Below, piece after piece: positions 8,522-15,980 of a DNA stretch of 36,380 nucleotides. Source of the DNA: a virus (taxonomy: Duplodnaviria > Caudoviricetes); the IMG/VR virus record IMGVR_UViG_3300028396_000020, positions 1-36,380 of that record; one strand, 5' to 3'. The position numbers and the translations under genes are program-made. Below the pieces are notes generated by a model. That model saw only the letters and a program-made list of their open reading frames with translations. It was not told where the DNA came from and did no database searches. The stretch's first letter is position 1. Each line of letters starts with the position of its first letter.

Positions 8522-8672
8522 TACAACGGATTTAAGAGGCTTATTCGTTGATGACGACTACCAATACTATAAGTGGATAGAAGGTGGCTTAAACGCCTCC
8601 GCAGATACCTTAAATGAAATCTCTTGGGATATAATTACCCCAGATGATGAGGACTACCCACTGGGGATTTAA
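8505..8672 (+). CDS. Small acidic protein (55 aa, not in ORF track)
   Basis: MRVIYDTTDLRGLFVDDDYQYY...PDDEDYPLGI; 13 acidic versus 3 basic residues. Confidence 0.55.
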   Translation: MRVIYDTTDLRGLFVDDDYQYYKWIEGGLNASADTLNEISWDIITPDDEDYPLGI

Positions 8673-8688
8673 TTTCCTAAACACCCGT

Positions 8689-8828
8689 AGTAATATATTA
8701 CTTATATTAGTAATATATATCTATTAGAAGTAATATAATAGTAATATATAAGAATATATCTTTAAGATATATTCTATATTAGAAATATAATAGAAGAATA
8801 CTAATATACCCTACTGATATAAGGGTAT
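8689..8828. repeat. AT-rich iteron/palindrome block (replication origin candidate)
   Basis: AGTAATATA at 8689, 8709, 8729 and 8740; palindrome 8689-8702; 12-bp hairpin 8751-8775; directly upstream of a DnaA-C-like gene. Confidence 0.7.
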
Positions 8829-8845
8829 TTATACAGGAGTACGCT

Positions 8846-9370
8846 ATGAAAGAGAAAGATTTTTTAGACCTATCGCAAAAGAAGTTAGCCGCAGATGTGT
8901 GGGCTAAAATCACAAAGCATAAAAAGATACCATTGAAATCAAGAAAGCGTGAGTATGTCATACACCGACATAGCTTTTTAGTAGCGATGCGTAAATACTC
9001 TACGATGTCTCTTGATGCTATCGGAACGGTATTAGGTAAAGACCACGCCACAGTAATCCACGCTTGTAAACAACACGAGATGAATTACAAATTTGATAGG
9101 GACTACAAATCTGTGTACTATCAGATAGACAATATCGTAGCCAAGACGATGCTGCCTTATAGCTTACTGGAGGAACACACCTACGATGAGTTTATGGAGC
9201 GTAACAAGGCTGTACGGGAACGCCTTATGAAATTGGCAAGACAAAACAGAGAGTTGATAAGCACTAACAACCGATTAGCCCTTGAGAATGAATCTCTAAA
9301 GAAGCAGTCAAAGCAAGTTAATAGTGAGATTTCTGCATTAAAAACAAAAATTTCTGGTGTTGCGTGGTAG
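8846..9370 (+). CDS. DnaA C-terminal (domain IV)-like HTH protein with coiled coil
   Basis: SLDAIGTVLGKDHATVIHACK matches the DnaA domain IV signature (IG..F.RDH.TV.HA); no AAA+ domain. Confidence 0.85.
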   Translation: MKEKDFLDLSQKKLAADVWAKITKHKKIPLKSRKREYVIHRHSFLVAMRKYSTMSLDAIGTVLGKDHATVIHACKQHEMNYKFDRDYKSVYYQIDNIVAKTMLPYSLLEEHTYDEFMERNKAVRERLMKLARQNRELISTNNRLALENESLKKQSKQVNSEISALKTKISGVAW

Positions 9371-9388
9371 TTGTTATATAATTTTATC

Positions 9389-9396
9389 TATATTTG
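9389..9396 (+). promoter_or_regulatory. Bacteroidota -7 element TATATTTG
   Basis: TAnnTTTG match in the intergenic region upstream of the recombination genes. Confidence 0.55.
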
Positions 9397-9402
9397 AATA
9401 GA

Positions 9403-9493
9403 CAAAGTTGTACTTTTGTTTACATTGTTTAAGTAGGAGGGGGAGTTTTTCTATTGGTTTTGGTTTGTAAGTGCTTCGCACTGCTCCCCCTTC
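9403..9493 (+). ncRNA. Candidate structured sRNA or 5' leader
   Basis: GGAGGGGGAG (9436-9445) pairs with CTCCCCCTTC (9484-9493), enclosing a U-rich loop and an AGTGC-TTC-GCACT hairpin. Confidence 0.4.
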
Positions 9494-9525
9494 AAACAAT
9501 TTTAGTAACTAATTAAAGTTTATAT

Positions 9526-10059
9526 ATGAGTCGTTATCAGTTTAAGACCACCAACATCAAAGGAAAAGAATATGTTGAGGTCAATCAAAGAATCAAATAC
9601 TTCCGTGAAAGCGGACAATACGAAGGGTGGTCTCTGACCTCTGATGTATATCATTTAGATGAAGTATCTTGTGTAATCAAGGCTTCTGTACTCAACGATA
9701 AAGGAGATATAGTAGCCACAGGTTTTGCTCAAGAGGATAAGTCCAGTAGCTACATAAACAAAACAAGCTATGTGGAAAACTGTGAAACAAGTGCTTGGGG
9801 CCGTGCATTGGCTAATCTTGGTATTGGGATTGATACTTCTATTGCGAGTTCAAACGAGGTTTCAATGGCTATCTCAAAACAAGGAAGTAAACCTAAAGCT
9901 GCGGTTAAGGCAACTGCTAAAGTGAGTCTATTAGAACTTACTGATGAAATCAAATCAAAGATGGTTAAGGCTGTTAAAGATGGTAAGAAAGATGCAGTAG
10001 TTAAAGCACTGGATAAGTACGAGCTAACAGCAGCACAGCGTAATGAGATTCTTGCGTAA
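9526..10059 (+). CDS. Single-strand annealing protein (Rad52/Sak-like)
   Basis: IKGKEYVEV..RI and ENCETSAWGRALANLGIG motifs; adjacent to an exonuclease. Confidence 0.7.
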   Translation: MSRYQFKTTNIKGKEYVEVNQRIKYFRESGQYEGWSLTSDVYHLDEVSCVIKASVLNDKGDIVATGFAQEDKSSSYINKTSYVENCETSAWGRALANLGIGIDTSIASSNEVSMAISKQGSKPKAAVKATAKVSLLELTDEIKSKMVKAVKDGKKDAVVKALDKYELTAAQRNEILA

Positions 10060-10817
10060 TGACTGATTTAGAAAGATTCAAGGACGATGAAGCGTACTAC
10101 TCGGACAAATCTTATATGTCCAATAGTGCCTTCAAACTCCTGCGCCAATCACCAACAAAGTTCCACCTTTGGAAGCAAGGTAAGTGGAGTTACCCTTCTA
10201 CCTCATTCTTTGATGTAGGTACTGCACTACACGCTCTATTCCTTGAGGATAAAGAAGTAGCTGTACGATGGGAAGGAACTCGTAGAGGCAACGCCTATAA
10301 AGAGTTTAAGATGGAACACGAAGGCAAACTTGTGCTGCCCGAAAAGGATTATGATTTAGTCTATGGTATGTACGATAAGCTGCTTAAAGTTCCAGAGGTA
10401 AACGATATTATGGGCATAGAAGCCAAGCCCGAAGTTGCAGGTATAAAAACATTTGTAACGGAAAGCGGAAACGAGATTGCAGTAAAAGGTAAAGCTGATG
10501 CAATAGTCTTTGATGGCGAGAAGAACTATATCGTAGACCTAAAGACCACCGCTAAATCACTTGAGGATTTTAAGAAGTCAGCGAGATTTATGCTGTACAA
10601 TCAACAAGCATACCTCTACAAGACTATCTTTGGAATGGACGATTTCTATTTCCTCGTAGTGGAAAAGGTATTCCCATATGAGGTGGGTATATTTAAAGCC
10701 TCTGATGACTTCCTACACTGGGGAGAAGTAGAGTTGAATACAAGTATTAATGTTTACGAAAAAAGATTTTTAAATGAGCAATTCAGACCTTACAGCGCAA
10801 TGGTTGGAGAACTGTAA
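10059..10817 (+). CDS. RecE/exonuclease VIII-like PD-(D/E)XK nuclease (DUF3799-like)
   Basis: SNS..K.L..SP, GTALH, KGKAD, IVDLKTT and YNQQAYLY motifs. Confidence 0.85.
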   Translation: MTDLERFKDDEAYYSDKSYMSNSAFKLLRQSPTKFHLWKQGKWSYPSTSFFDVGTALHALFLEDKEVAVRWEGTRRGNAYKEFKMEHEGKLVLPEKDYDLVYGMYDKLLKVPEVNDIMGIEAKPEVAGIKTFVTESGNEIAVKGKADAIVFDGEKNYIVDLKTTAKSLEDFKKSARFMLYNQQAYLYKTIFGMDDFYFLVVEKVFPYEVGIFKASDDFLHWGEVELNTSINVYEKRFLNEQFRPYSAMVGEL

Positions 10818-11205
10818 CCACTTTGAAAAGATGGTGGTACTCAATGCAGTAGACGTAACAGGAGTAGATAAAGAGCATTTCTACACTGGTCGTAGGTTTC
10901 CTATCGTAGTGAGAACCAGAGCGTTGATAGCAAGAGTCCTCCGTGATTCACATTACACGATGAAGAACATCGCAAGTGTATTGAAGATTACAGCAGAGAT
11001 GGCAGCTAACTACTGCACGGCAAACCATAACGAGTACCTTCAAAAAAATCCAGACTATGAGGGTATGTACAATCGTTTGACAAATGCGATAGAGCAAGTC
11101 CACAGCAGCGACAATGGCGTTGAACAACGCTTATCAGATGTGGAAATTGAGATAAGTAGAATGAAACAAAGAGTAGACCACCTCTCCAAACTGGTCGTAG
11201 AGTAA
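10774..11205 (+). CDS. Second, divergent DnaA-C-like HTH protein
   Basis: RR..IVVRTRALIARVLRDSHYTMKNIASVL pattern plus C-terminal coiled coil. Confidence 0.5.
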   Translation: MSNSDLTAQWLENCNHFEKMVVLNAVDVTGVDKEHFYTGRRFPIVVRTRALIARVLRDSHYTMKNIASVLKITAEMAANYCTANHNEYLQKNPDYEGMYNRLTNAIEQVHSSDNGVEQRLSDVEIEISRMKQRVDHLSKLVVE

Positions 11206-11234
11206 TTCTTTTTATTAACTAAATATCTATTAAG

Positions 11235-11471
11235 ATGACTGAAAAGAAATTTGTAGGAAGTACGCGTGTAAAGACCACGAAGTACGGACAGATTATCAAT
11301 CTTGGGCTGAAAGCTTCAGACCTTGAAACACTAAAGGCTAACCTCAACGATAGAGGTTGGGTAAACATTGACCTCAAGTCTAAAAAAGACGGTGGTTTTT
11401 ATGCAGAGATTCCTACGATGGAGTTCAAAGGAGCTGCTGCAACTAATGCACAAGATGACGACTTGTTCTAA
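11235..11471 (+). CDS. Putative small ssDNA-binding protein
   Basis: Beta-rich 78 aa with an SSB-like acidic tail QDDDLF; in the recombination module. Confidence 0.65.
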   Translation: MTEKKFVGSTRVKTTKYGQIINLGLKASDLETLKANLNDRGWVNIDLKSKKDGGFYAEIPTMEFKGAAATNAQDDDLF

Positions 11472-11480
11472 AACGTTAAA

Positions 11481-11549
11481 GGGGAAAAGGAAATAGCTTT
11501 ACTGGGGAGTAGGTTATAAAAGGGGGGTTCAATTCCCCCCTCCCCTCCA
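11481..11549 (+). ncRNA. tRNA-like element (T-arm, acceptor stem and CCA; no canonical D arm)
   Basis: GGGGG-TTCAATT-CCCCC T-arm followed by CTCCCC-T-CCA; GGGGAG at 11504 (or GGGGA at 11481) can close an acceptor stem. Confidence 0.55.
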
Positions 11550-11561
11550 AAATCAATTACT

Positions 11562-11702
11562 ATGAATAAGATGAATCAGTTCCTACGCATAGCAAATGCG
11601 AGGTTAAGAAGGGTGTACCCTAACAAGATGCAGAGAAAGGCTTGGGCTGCTAATATGTGGCGCAGGTATGTTGAAAGGCAAAACGTAGAAAGAGACCTTT
11701 AA
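11562..11702 (+). CDS. Small basic protein (46 aa, not in ORF track)
   Basis: MNKMNQFLRIANARLRRVYPNKMQRKAWAANMWRRYVERQNVERDL. Confidence 0.65.
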   Translation: MNKMNQFLRIANARLRRVYPNKMQRKAWAANMWRRYVERQNVERDL

Positions 11703-11814
11703 AACCAAAGATGATACAGAACGATAATGTTTATTTAAACAGACTGAATGTCGCTTATTTGCGTCATTAATGAGCGTTTAAGCATATAATGATGGGTTTA
11801 TCAGTCAAATTATA

Positions 11815-11902
11815 GGCGCAAGCATATAAAAATAGGCGCATAAGTGGCGCGTAAAATGGGGATGTGGCGCATAAATGGCGCATAAAATCAAATTATGGCG
11901 CA
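11815..11902. repeat. Phased array of six GGCGC motifs
   Basis: Starts at 11815, 11835, 11846, 11866, 11877 and 11897 (spacing 20, 11, 20, 11, 20). Confidence 0.9.
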
Positions 11903-11923
11903 AACCTTTAACACCAAAGAGAG

Positions 11924-12121
11924 ATGAAAATAATAATAGGAATCATTGTAATAGCACTACTTGCAATAGGTGCTTATTGGACGGGCAAGGCTTTTACTCC
12001 CAAAGAATTTTACGAAGAAGCCGACTGCTATATATGCTATGGACTTAAGATATGGGCTTTGTTTTGGTTAATTGTGGTAGCATCTTGGGGTGTTGGTAGT
12101 TTGGTTATGCAGTTACTTTAA
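11924..12121 (+). CDS. Two-TM small membrane protein (cassette)
   Basis: Two hydrophobic segments; bounded by junction repeats. Confidence 0.75.
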   Translation: MKIIIGIIVIALLAIGAYWTGKAFTPKEFYEEADCYICYGLKIWALFWLIVVASWGVGSLVMQLL

Positions 12122-12134
12122 CAACAAACGAGAA

Positions 12135-12350
12135 ATGATTGAAGTCACACTACTAATTATCGCAATTGCATTTGTATCACTCATCGTAGTGAAGGAAATC
12201 CAAGACTATCTTTTTTGGAGGCGCATTGACAAAGCATTTGAGAATGGTTTCAAAGAGATGAATGAATTATTGAAAAAGAAACTTGAAGGAGTTGAGGATA
12301 AAGACTTTTATTCTTATTGTATGAAAACCTTAAAAACAAAAGAGAAATGA
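12135..12350 (+). CDS. Single-TM small protein (cassette), ends TLKTKEK
   Basis: Start at the ATG of junction 3; stop within junction 4. Confidence 0.75.
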   Translation: MIEVTLLIIAIAFVSLIVVKEIQDYLFWRRIDKAFENGFKEMNELLKKKLEGVEDKDFYSYCMKTLKTKEK

Positions 12351-12574
12351 AAACATTAGTTCAACTATTAAACGATGCCGTAGTAGAGGCAGATATTCGT
12401 GGACACAAAGGAAAAATCAATGTATCCCCTGCTTTTTTTGATATAAGGAATTACTCTGAAAAAGAAAAGTGTATAGGTTATTTAATCTACGCAGGTAGAT
12501 TTGGTGGCTACGAGTTACAAAGGGACTCAAGTCTACAAGGATATGGCATAACCCTTAACACCAAAGAGGGATGA
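12347..12574 (+). CDS. Small hypothetical protein (cassette), ends TLNTKEG
   Basis: ATGA overlap in junction 4; stop within junction 5. Confidence 0.75.
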   Translation: MKTLVQLLNDAVVEADIRGHKGKINVSPAFFDIRNYSEKEKCIGYLIYAGRFGGYELQRDSSLQGYGITLNTKEG

Positions 12575-12660
12575 CACTTGAGGATATTGTAGCCTGTTTA
12601 CTTGTGTTAGCTTGGAACGGCTACCTAATTTATAAATTGAGAAAGGATAATAAATTATGA
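12571..12660 (+). CDS. 29-aa single-TM peptide (not in ORF track)
   Basis: MTLEDIVACLLVLAWNGYLIYKLRKDNKL; ATGA overlaps at both ends. Confidence 0.6.
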   Translation: MTLEDIVACLLVLAWNGYLIYKLRKDNKL

Positions 12661-12830
12661 AAACAAACTACAAGTCAAAGAGAACAAGCGGAAGCAAAAG
12701 GGTAATTAGCGATATTCGCAGTTACGCAATAGCCAATGCTAAAAAGACAAAGGGCAAATCAGAGTTGTACAACCGCATAGTTCAGCTTTGCGAAAGAGAT
12801 TTAACAGAGTATGGTATTGAGTATGATTAA
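12657..12830 (+). CDS. 57-aa basic protein (not in ORF track)
   Basis: MKTNYKSKRTSGSKRVISDIRSY...EYGIEYD; coupled to its neighbours. Confidence 0.6.
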   Translation: MKTNYKSKRTSGSKRVISDIRSYAIANAKKTKGKSELYNRIVQLCERDLTEYGIEYD

Positions 12831-13020
12831 ATCTTATAACAGAAAGAGAAGACACATACGCGAGGTAGAAAAATATCTGGAGATGCTTATGTTGGATAAT
12901 GTAAACCTCTCTCTTCACGCCAGTAGATTTGGTTGGGACGATGACTTACAAAATCAATTAACCAACTCTGCCTTACTGATACGCAAGTATCAAAGAAGGT
13001 TGAGATTAATCATAATGTAA
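12823..13020 (+). CDS. Hypothetical protein
   Basis: Helical basic ORF; TAATG overlap with the next gene. Confidence 0.7.
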   Translation: MIKSYNRKRRHIREVEKYLEMLMLDNVNLSLHASRFGWDDDLQNQLTNSALLIRKYQRRLRLIIM

Positions 13021-13523
13021 TGACTTCATACGATATACCTAAATCACTAAAAGAAAAGACTTGGGAATGGTTACAAGACCATTCTATGGGACACCGATTT
13101 GATGCTAATGGCTCTAAAGCAGAGCAGTTTGTAGGTTTGTTAGGAGAGAATATGTTTCGTATCCTAAATGACTTGCCGCCAAAGTTTGAAGATGGATTTG
13201 ATGGCGGACACGACCTCATCTTTATGGGGCGTAAAGCGGATGTAAAGACAATGGGCAGACGTGTTGACCCTAAACCCCACTACGTCAACAACTTCGTTGG
13301 TTATCAAAAGGATTTTGACTGTGAACTATATATATTTTGCAGCATAAACAAGTCTACAAATACCTTCTGGATATGTGGATACACCGATAAGGAGACACTA
13401 CTTACCGAGTCCAACTTCTACGAAAAGGGAGATAAGAGATACAGAGACGATGGTAGCTACTTTATAAATAAAGCACCATTGTATGAGATTGAGAACACTA
13501 AACTAAAACCATTAATAATATGA
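13020..13523 (+). CDS. PD-(D/E)XK endonuclease-like protein
   Basis: GLLGE...GHDL...ADVKT motif arrangement. Confidence 0.65.
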   Translation: MTSYDIPKSLKEKTWEWLQDHSMGHRFDANGSKAEQFVGLLGENMFRILNDLPPKFEDGFDGGHDLIFMGRKADVKTMGRRVDPKPHYVNNFVGYQKDFDCELYIFCSINKSTNTFWICGYTDKETLLTESNFYEKGDKRYRDDGSYFINKAPLYEIENTKLKPLII

Positions 13524-13636
13524 GCGATAAATACTTTTGTGGTGGATGTGATAAACAGATACCAATAGTAATCGGATTCAATCAGTTGCATATATGTGAT
13601 TGTGGGACATTAAATAATATAGGAGATGCAGAATAA
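13520..13636 (+). CDS. 38-aa zinc-ribbon peptide (not in ORF track)
   Basis: MSDKYFCGGCDKQIPIVIGFNQLHICDCGTLNNIGDAE (CxxC...CxCG). Confidence 0.65.
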   Translation: MSDKYFCGGCDKQIPIVIGFNQLHICDCGTLNNIGDAE

Positions 13637-13943
13637 TGAAGAAGGCGATGGCCAAGTAATCTATGATTTAGGGGTTAGGCTTACTTGGAAAAAGAAGCGT
13701 GGAAACGGGTACACAAATATGTACTTCGGTACAAAGGACAGACCCTTTCAGTTTGTAACCAGAGCAAAGTCAATAGACCACATAAACAGAAATCCTATAA
13801 TGATAGCAAAGATGATGTCGTTTGTAGGAGCAACAGGTAAAAGCGTTTACGATTTTCATATCATAGAAGAGTTCTATCGTAAGGAAATAAGTAATAGCTT
13901 TTCACATAAAGAAGAAGATTACATTAAAGAATTTGGCGAATGA
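13626..13943 (+). CDS. Hypothetical protein
   Basis: 105-aa ORF coupled (ATGA) to the helicase. Confidence 0.7.
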   Translation: MQNNEEGDGQVIYDLGVRLTWKKKRGNGYTNMYFGTKDRPFQFVTRAKSIDHINRNPIMIAKMMSFVGATGKSVYDFHIIEEFYRKEISNSFSHKEEDYIKEFGE

Positions 13944-14926
13944 CAACGAGAGATTTTATCTATAGGGCTGAAGAGTTAAAAGATTCTCTAACAGAACTCC
14001 GCGAGAACGGAGTAACAAAAGGTGCTTGGACAGGGTTTAGTTCTCTGTTTGATAAGTATTCAATGAAGTTGGGTAGTACCACTTATATATATGCAGGGGC
14101 GCATCAAGGGAAGTCGCAGTTTGCATTTGAAATGATGATGAACCTATCCCAATACTCTGGTTGGAAGTGGGCTGTATACTCCCCCGAAACAGGTTCACCA
14201 ACAGAAGTATTCGCAGAGTTCCTATGGGTGTACCTGCGTAAGCCGTTCCTTGTCAATGATAAGGTTATGGCTACAGATGAAGAGAGCCAAAGGGCTATTG
14301 AGTTTATAAATGAACACTTCTATATTATAGATAGTGGTCTGCAAGACCTTACCGTAGAAGGTTTCTACAACTGTGTAACAAACATAGAAGAAGATTTTGG
14401 GGTTAAGATACAGGGCTGTCTCATAGACCCGTTTACAGAGATTAAAACAGATATAAGCGTAGGTGTTCGTGATGACATTGCTATTGGTCAAGTGCTTACA
14501 AAAGTCAGAAAGCATAGTGCGGATAACAATTACCACACACTACTTACCGTACACACTAAACACCAACAACCTAAATATCGTAGTGGTATAGCATATATAG
14601 ATAAACCTACTATGAATGATATAGCAGGTGGTATGCAATGGAGCCGTAAGGGTATGATGGTTATAAATATATGGCGATGTCCATTTGGATTAGAGGATTT
14701 AGATGGCGTACCTTATGAACCTAATCAAGTTGAGATTACAGTTGTTAAGGCTAAACCTAAAATCGTAGGTAGGTTAGGAAAGATAACAATGTACTACGAC
14801 AAGGTTAAGAATAGATACTATGAGGTTGATAAGCAGGGCAATCCTATGTACGCTTATCAGAACCCCGATTACGAACCAGAAGAAGTAGCATTGCCTACAC
14901 CTTCACAAGAGGAATTAGAATTTTGA
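13940..14926 (+). CDS. SF4 (DnaB/Twinkle-like) replicative helicase, no primase domain
   Basis: Walker A AGAHQGKS, YSPE, Walker B CLIDPF, VH.K and DIAGG motifs. Confidence 0.85.
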   Translation: MTTRDFIYRAEELKDSLTELRENGVTKGAWTGFSSLFDKYSMKLGSTTYIYAGAHQGKSQFAFEMMMNLSQYSGWKWAVYSPETGSPTEVFAEFLWVYLRKPFLVNDKVMATDEESQRAIEFINEHFYIIDSGLQDLTVEGFYNCVTNIEEDFGVKIQGCLIDPFTEIKTDISVGVRDDIAIGQVLTKVRKHSADNNYHTLLTVHTKHQQPKYRSGIAYIDKPTMNDIAGGMQWSRKGMMVINIWRCPFGLEDLDGVPYEPNQVEITVVKAKPKIVGRLGKITMYYDKVKNRYYEVDKQGNPMYAYQNPDYEPEEVALPTPSQEELEF

Positions 14927-15189
14927 AAAGTTGGTCAGAAGCATATAGAAAGAGTTGGTGCGAGATGATTCGTGCCTACCTAAAGTTTAACATAGCCTCC
15001 GCAAAGGAGGTTGAAGTTTTAGAGTGGAACAAGATGCTAATTAATGGTAAGGAGTTCAAAGTGGATGTAACGGACTACACTGGGAATTCCGAGAACTATA
15101 TATTTCTTAACCCTTCTAACGGTAGAATGGTCATTGAAACAAAGGGTATACAAAAAATTTATAAGTTTGAGGTAGAACTTACCCAATAA
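14923..15189 (+). CDS. Hypothetical protein
   Basis: 88-aa ORF with TTG start overlapping the helicase stop. Confidence 0.6.
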   Translation: MKSWSEAYRKSWCEMIRAYLKFNIASAKEVEVLEWNKMLINGKEFKVDVTDYTGNSENYIFLNPSNGRMVIETKGIQKIYKFEVELTQ

Positions 15190-15208
15190 TTAACTATATT
15201 AGTATCAA

Positions 15209-15493
15209 ATGATTAGTACAAAAGACTTAATTATAAAGACATCGCAGGAGGTAACAGACCTGCTCCTTGAGAAGAATGCTGCCTACGGGGATTCAGCCCT
15301 TTACCCCGTAGGTATCTTCTCAAAGGGAAACGCTGTGGATAGCCTATGCGCTCGTATAGACGATAAGCTTATGCGTATCAAATCAAGGGGCATTACCGAT
15401 GCCACCGAAGATACCGTGCAAGACCTAATAGGATATCTTATCCTGTTAAAGATTGCCATACACAACAATAATGAGTTTAGAAAACTACCTTGA
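15209..15493 (+). CDS. DUF1599/nucleotide-modification-associated (MazG-like helical) protein
   Basis: KNAAYGDS...RIDDKL.RI...EDTVQDLIGYLILL signature. Confidence 0.75.
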   Translation: MISTKDLIIKTSQEVTDLLLEKNAAYGDSALYPVGIFSKGNAVDSLCARIDDKLMRIKSRGITDATEDTVQDLIGYLILLKIAIHNNNEFRKLP

Positions 15494-15980
15494 TAAAAGC
15501 TTAAAGCTAAATAAAAACAGATTACAACACTCGCTAAAGATTGGTCTTGATGGCGAAGCCTTGTTCAAGGAGATAACATCGGCAATAAAATCAGAAGCCG
15601 CTGAAGATAAAAAGCATATTGACTTCCATTGGGAGGGTAAAAAAGTAGATGTAAAAGGACTCAAGAAAACCCAGAAACTTGGTTATCTACTTATAGAAAT
15701 GATTAACGTGTACGGAGGTGCAGGTTGGTGTTCAAAAGACTCTCAAGCAGAGTATATAGCCTTTCAGTTTCCAGAAAGGTTTTTAGTTTTCAATAAAAAT
15801 GTACTACGAAATAAGGTGATAAACCTTTGTGAGAAGTATACAGAGCCGTTAAGGAAAAATAGGATTCCTATAGAAGAAGGTTTGTATAAGTGGATAGGCC
15901 GCTATAATAGGCAAGATGTATTTACTTACATAAAACTCTCTGATGTAATTGATATAGTAGACTATGAAATCAAGTATTGA
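15471..15980 (+). CDS. PD-(D/E)XK endonuclease-like protein
   Basis: G.DGEALF...HIDF...VDVKG motifs; start reassigned to ATG 15471. Confidence 0.65.
   Translation: MSLENYLDKSLKLNKNRLQHSLKIGLDGEALFKEITSAIKSEAAEDKKHIDFHWEGKKVDVKGLKKTQKLGYLLIEMINVYGGAGWCSKDSQAEYIAFQFPERFLVFNKNVLRNKVINLCEKYTEPLRKNRIPIEEGLYKWIGRYNRQDVFTYIKLSDVIDIVDYEIKY

Larger units (their letters stand above)
11695..12574 (+). repeat. Five dispersed ~24-nt cassette-junction repeats, consensus ACCTTTAACACCAAAGAGAA-ATGA
   Basis: Copies at 11695-11714, 11904-11927, 12115-12138, 12327-12350 and 12551-12574, each ending at an ATG. Confidence 0.85.

Noticed and set aside
11481-11549. Canonical tRNA gene or attP site
   Set aside because: No D-arm or proper anticodon stem-loop, and no integrase in the genome. 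Kept only as a tRNA-like element.
11695-12574. CRISPR array interpretation of the dispersed repeats
   Set aside because: Spacers are about 190-200 bp and mostly coding, repeats are degenerate and non-palindromic, and no cas genes are present.
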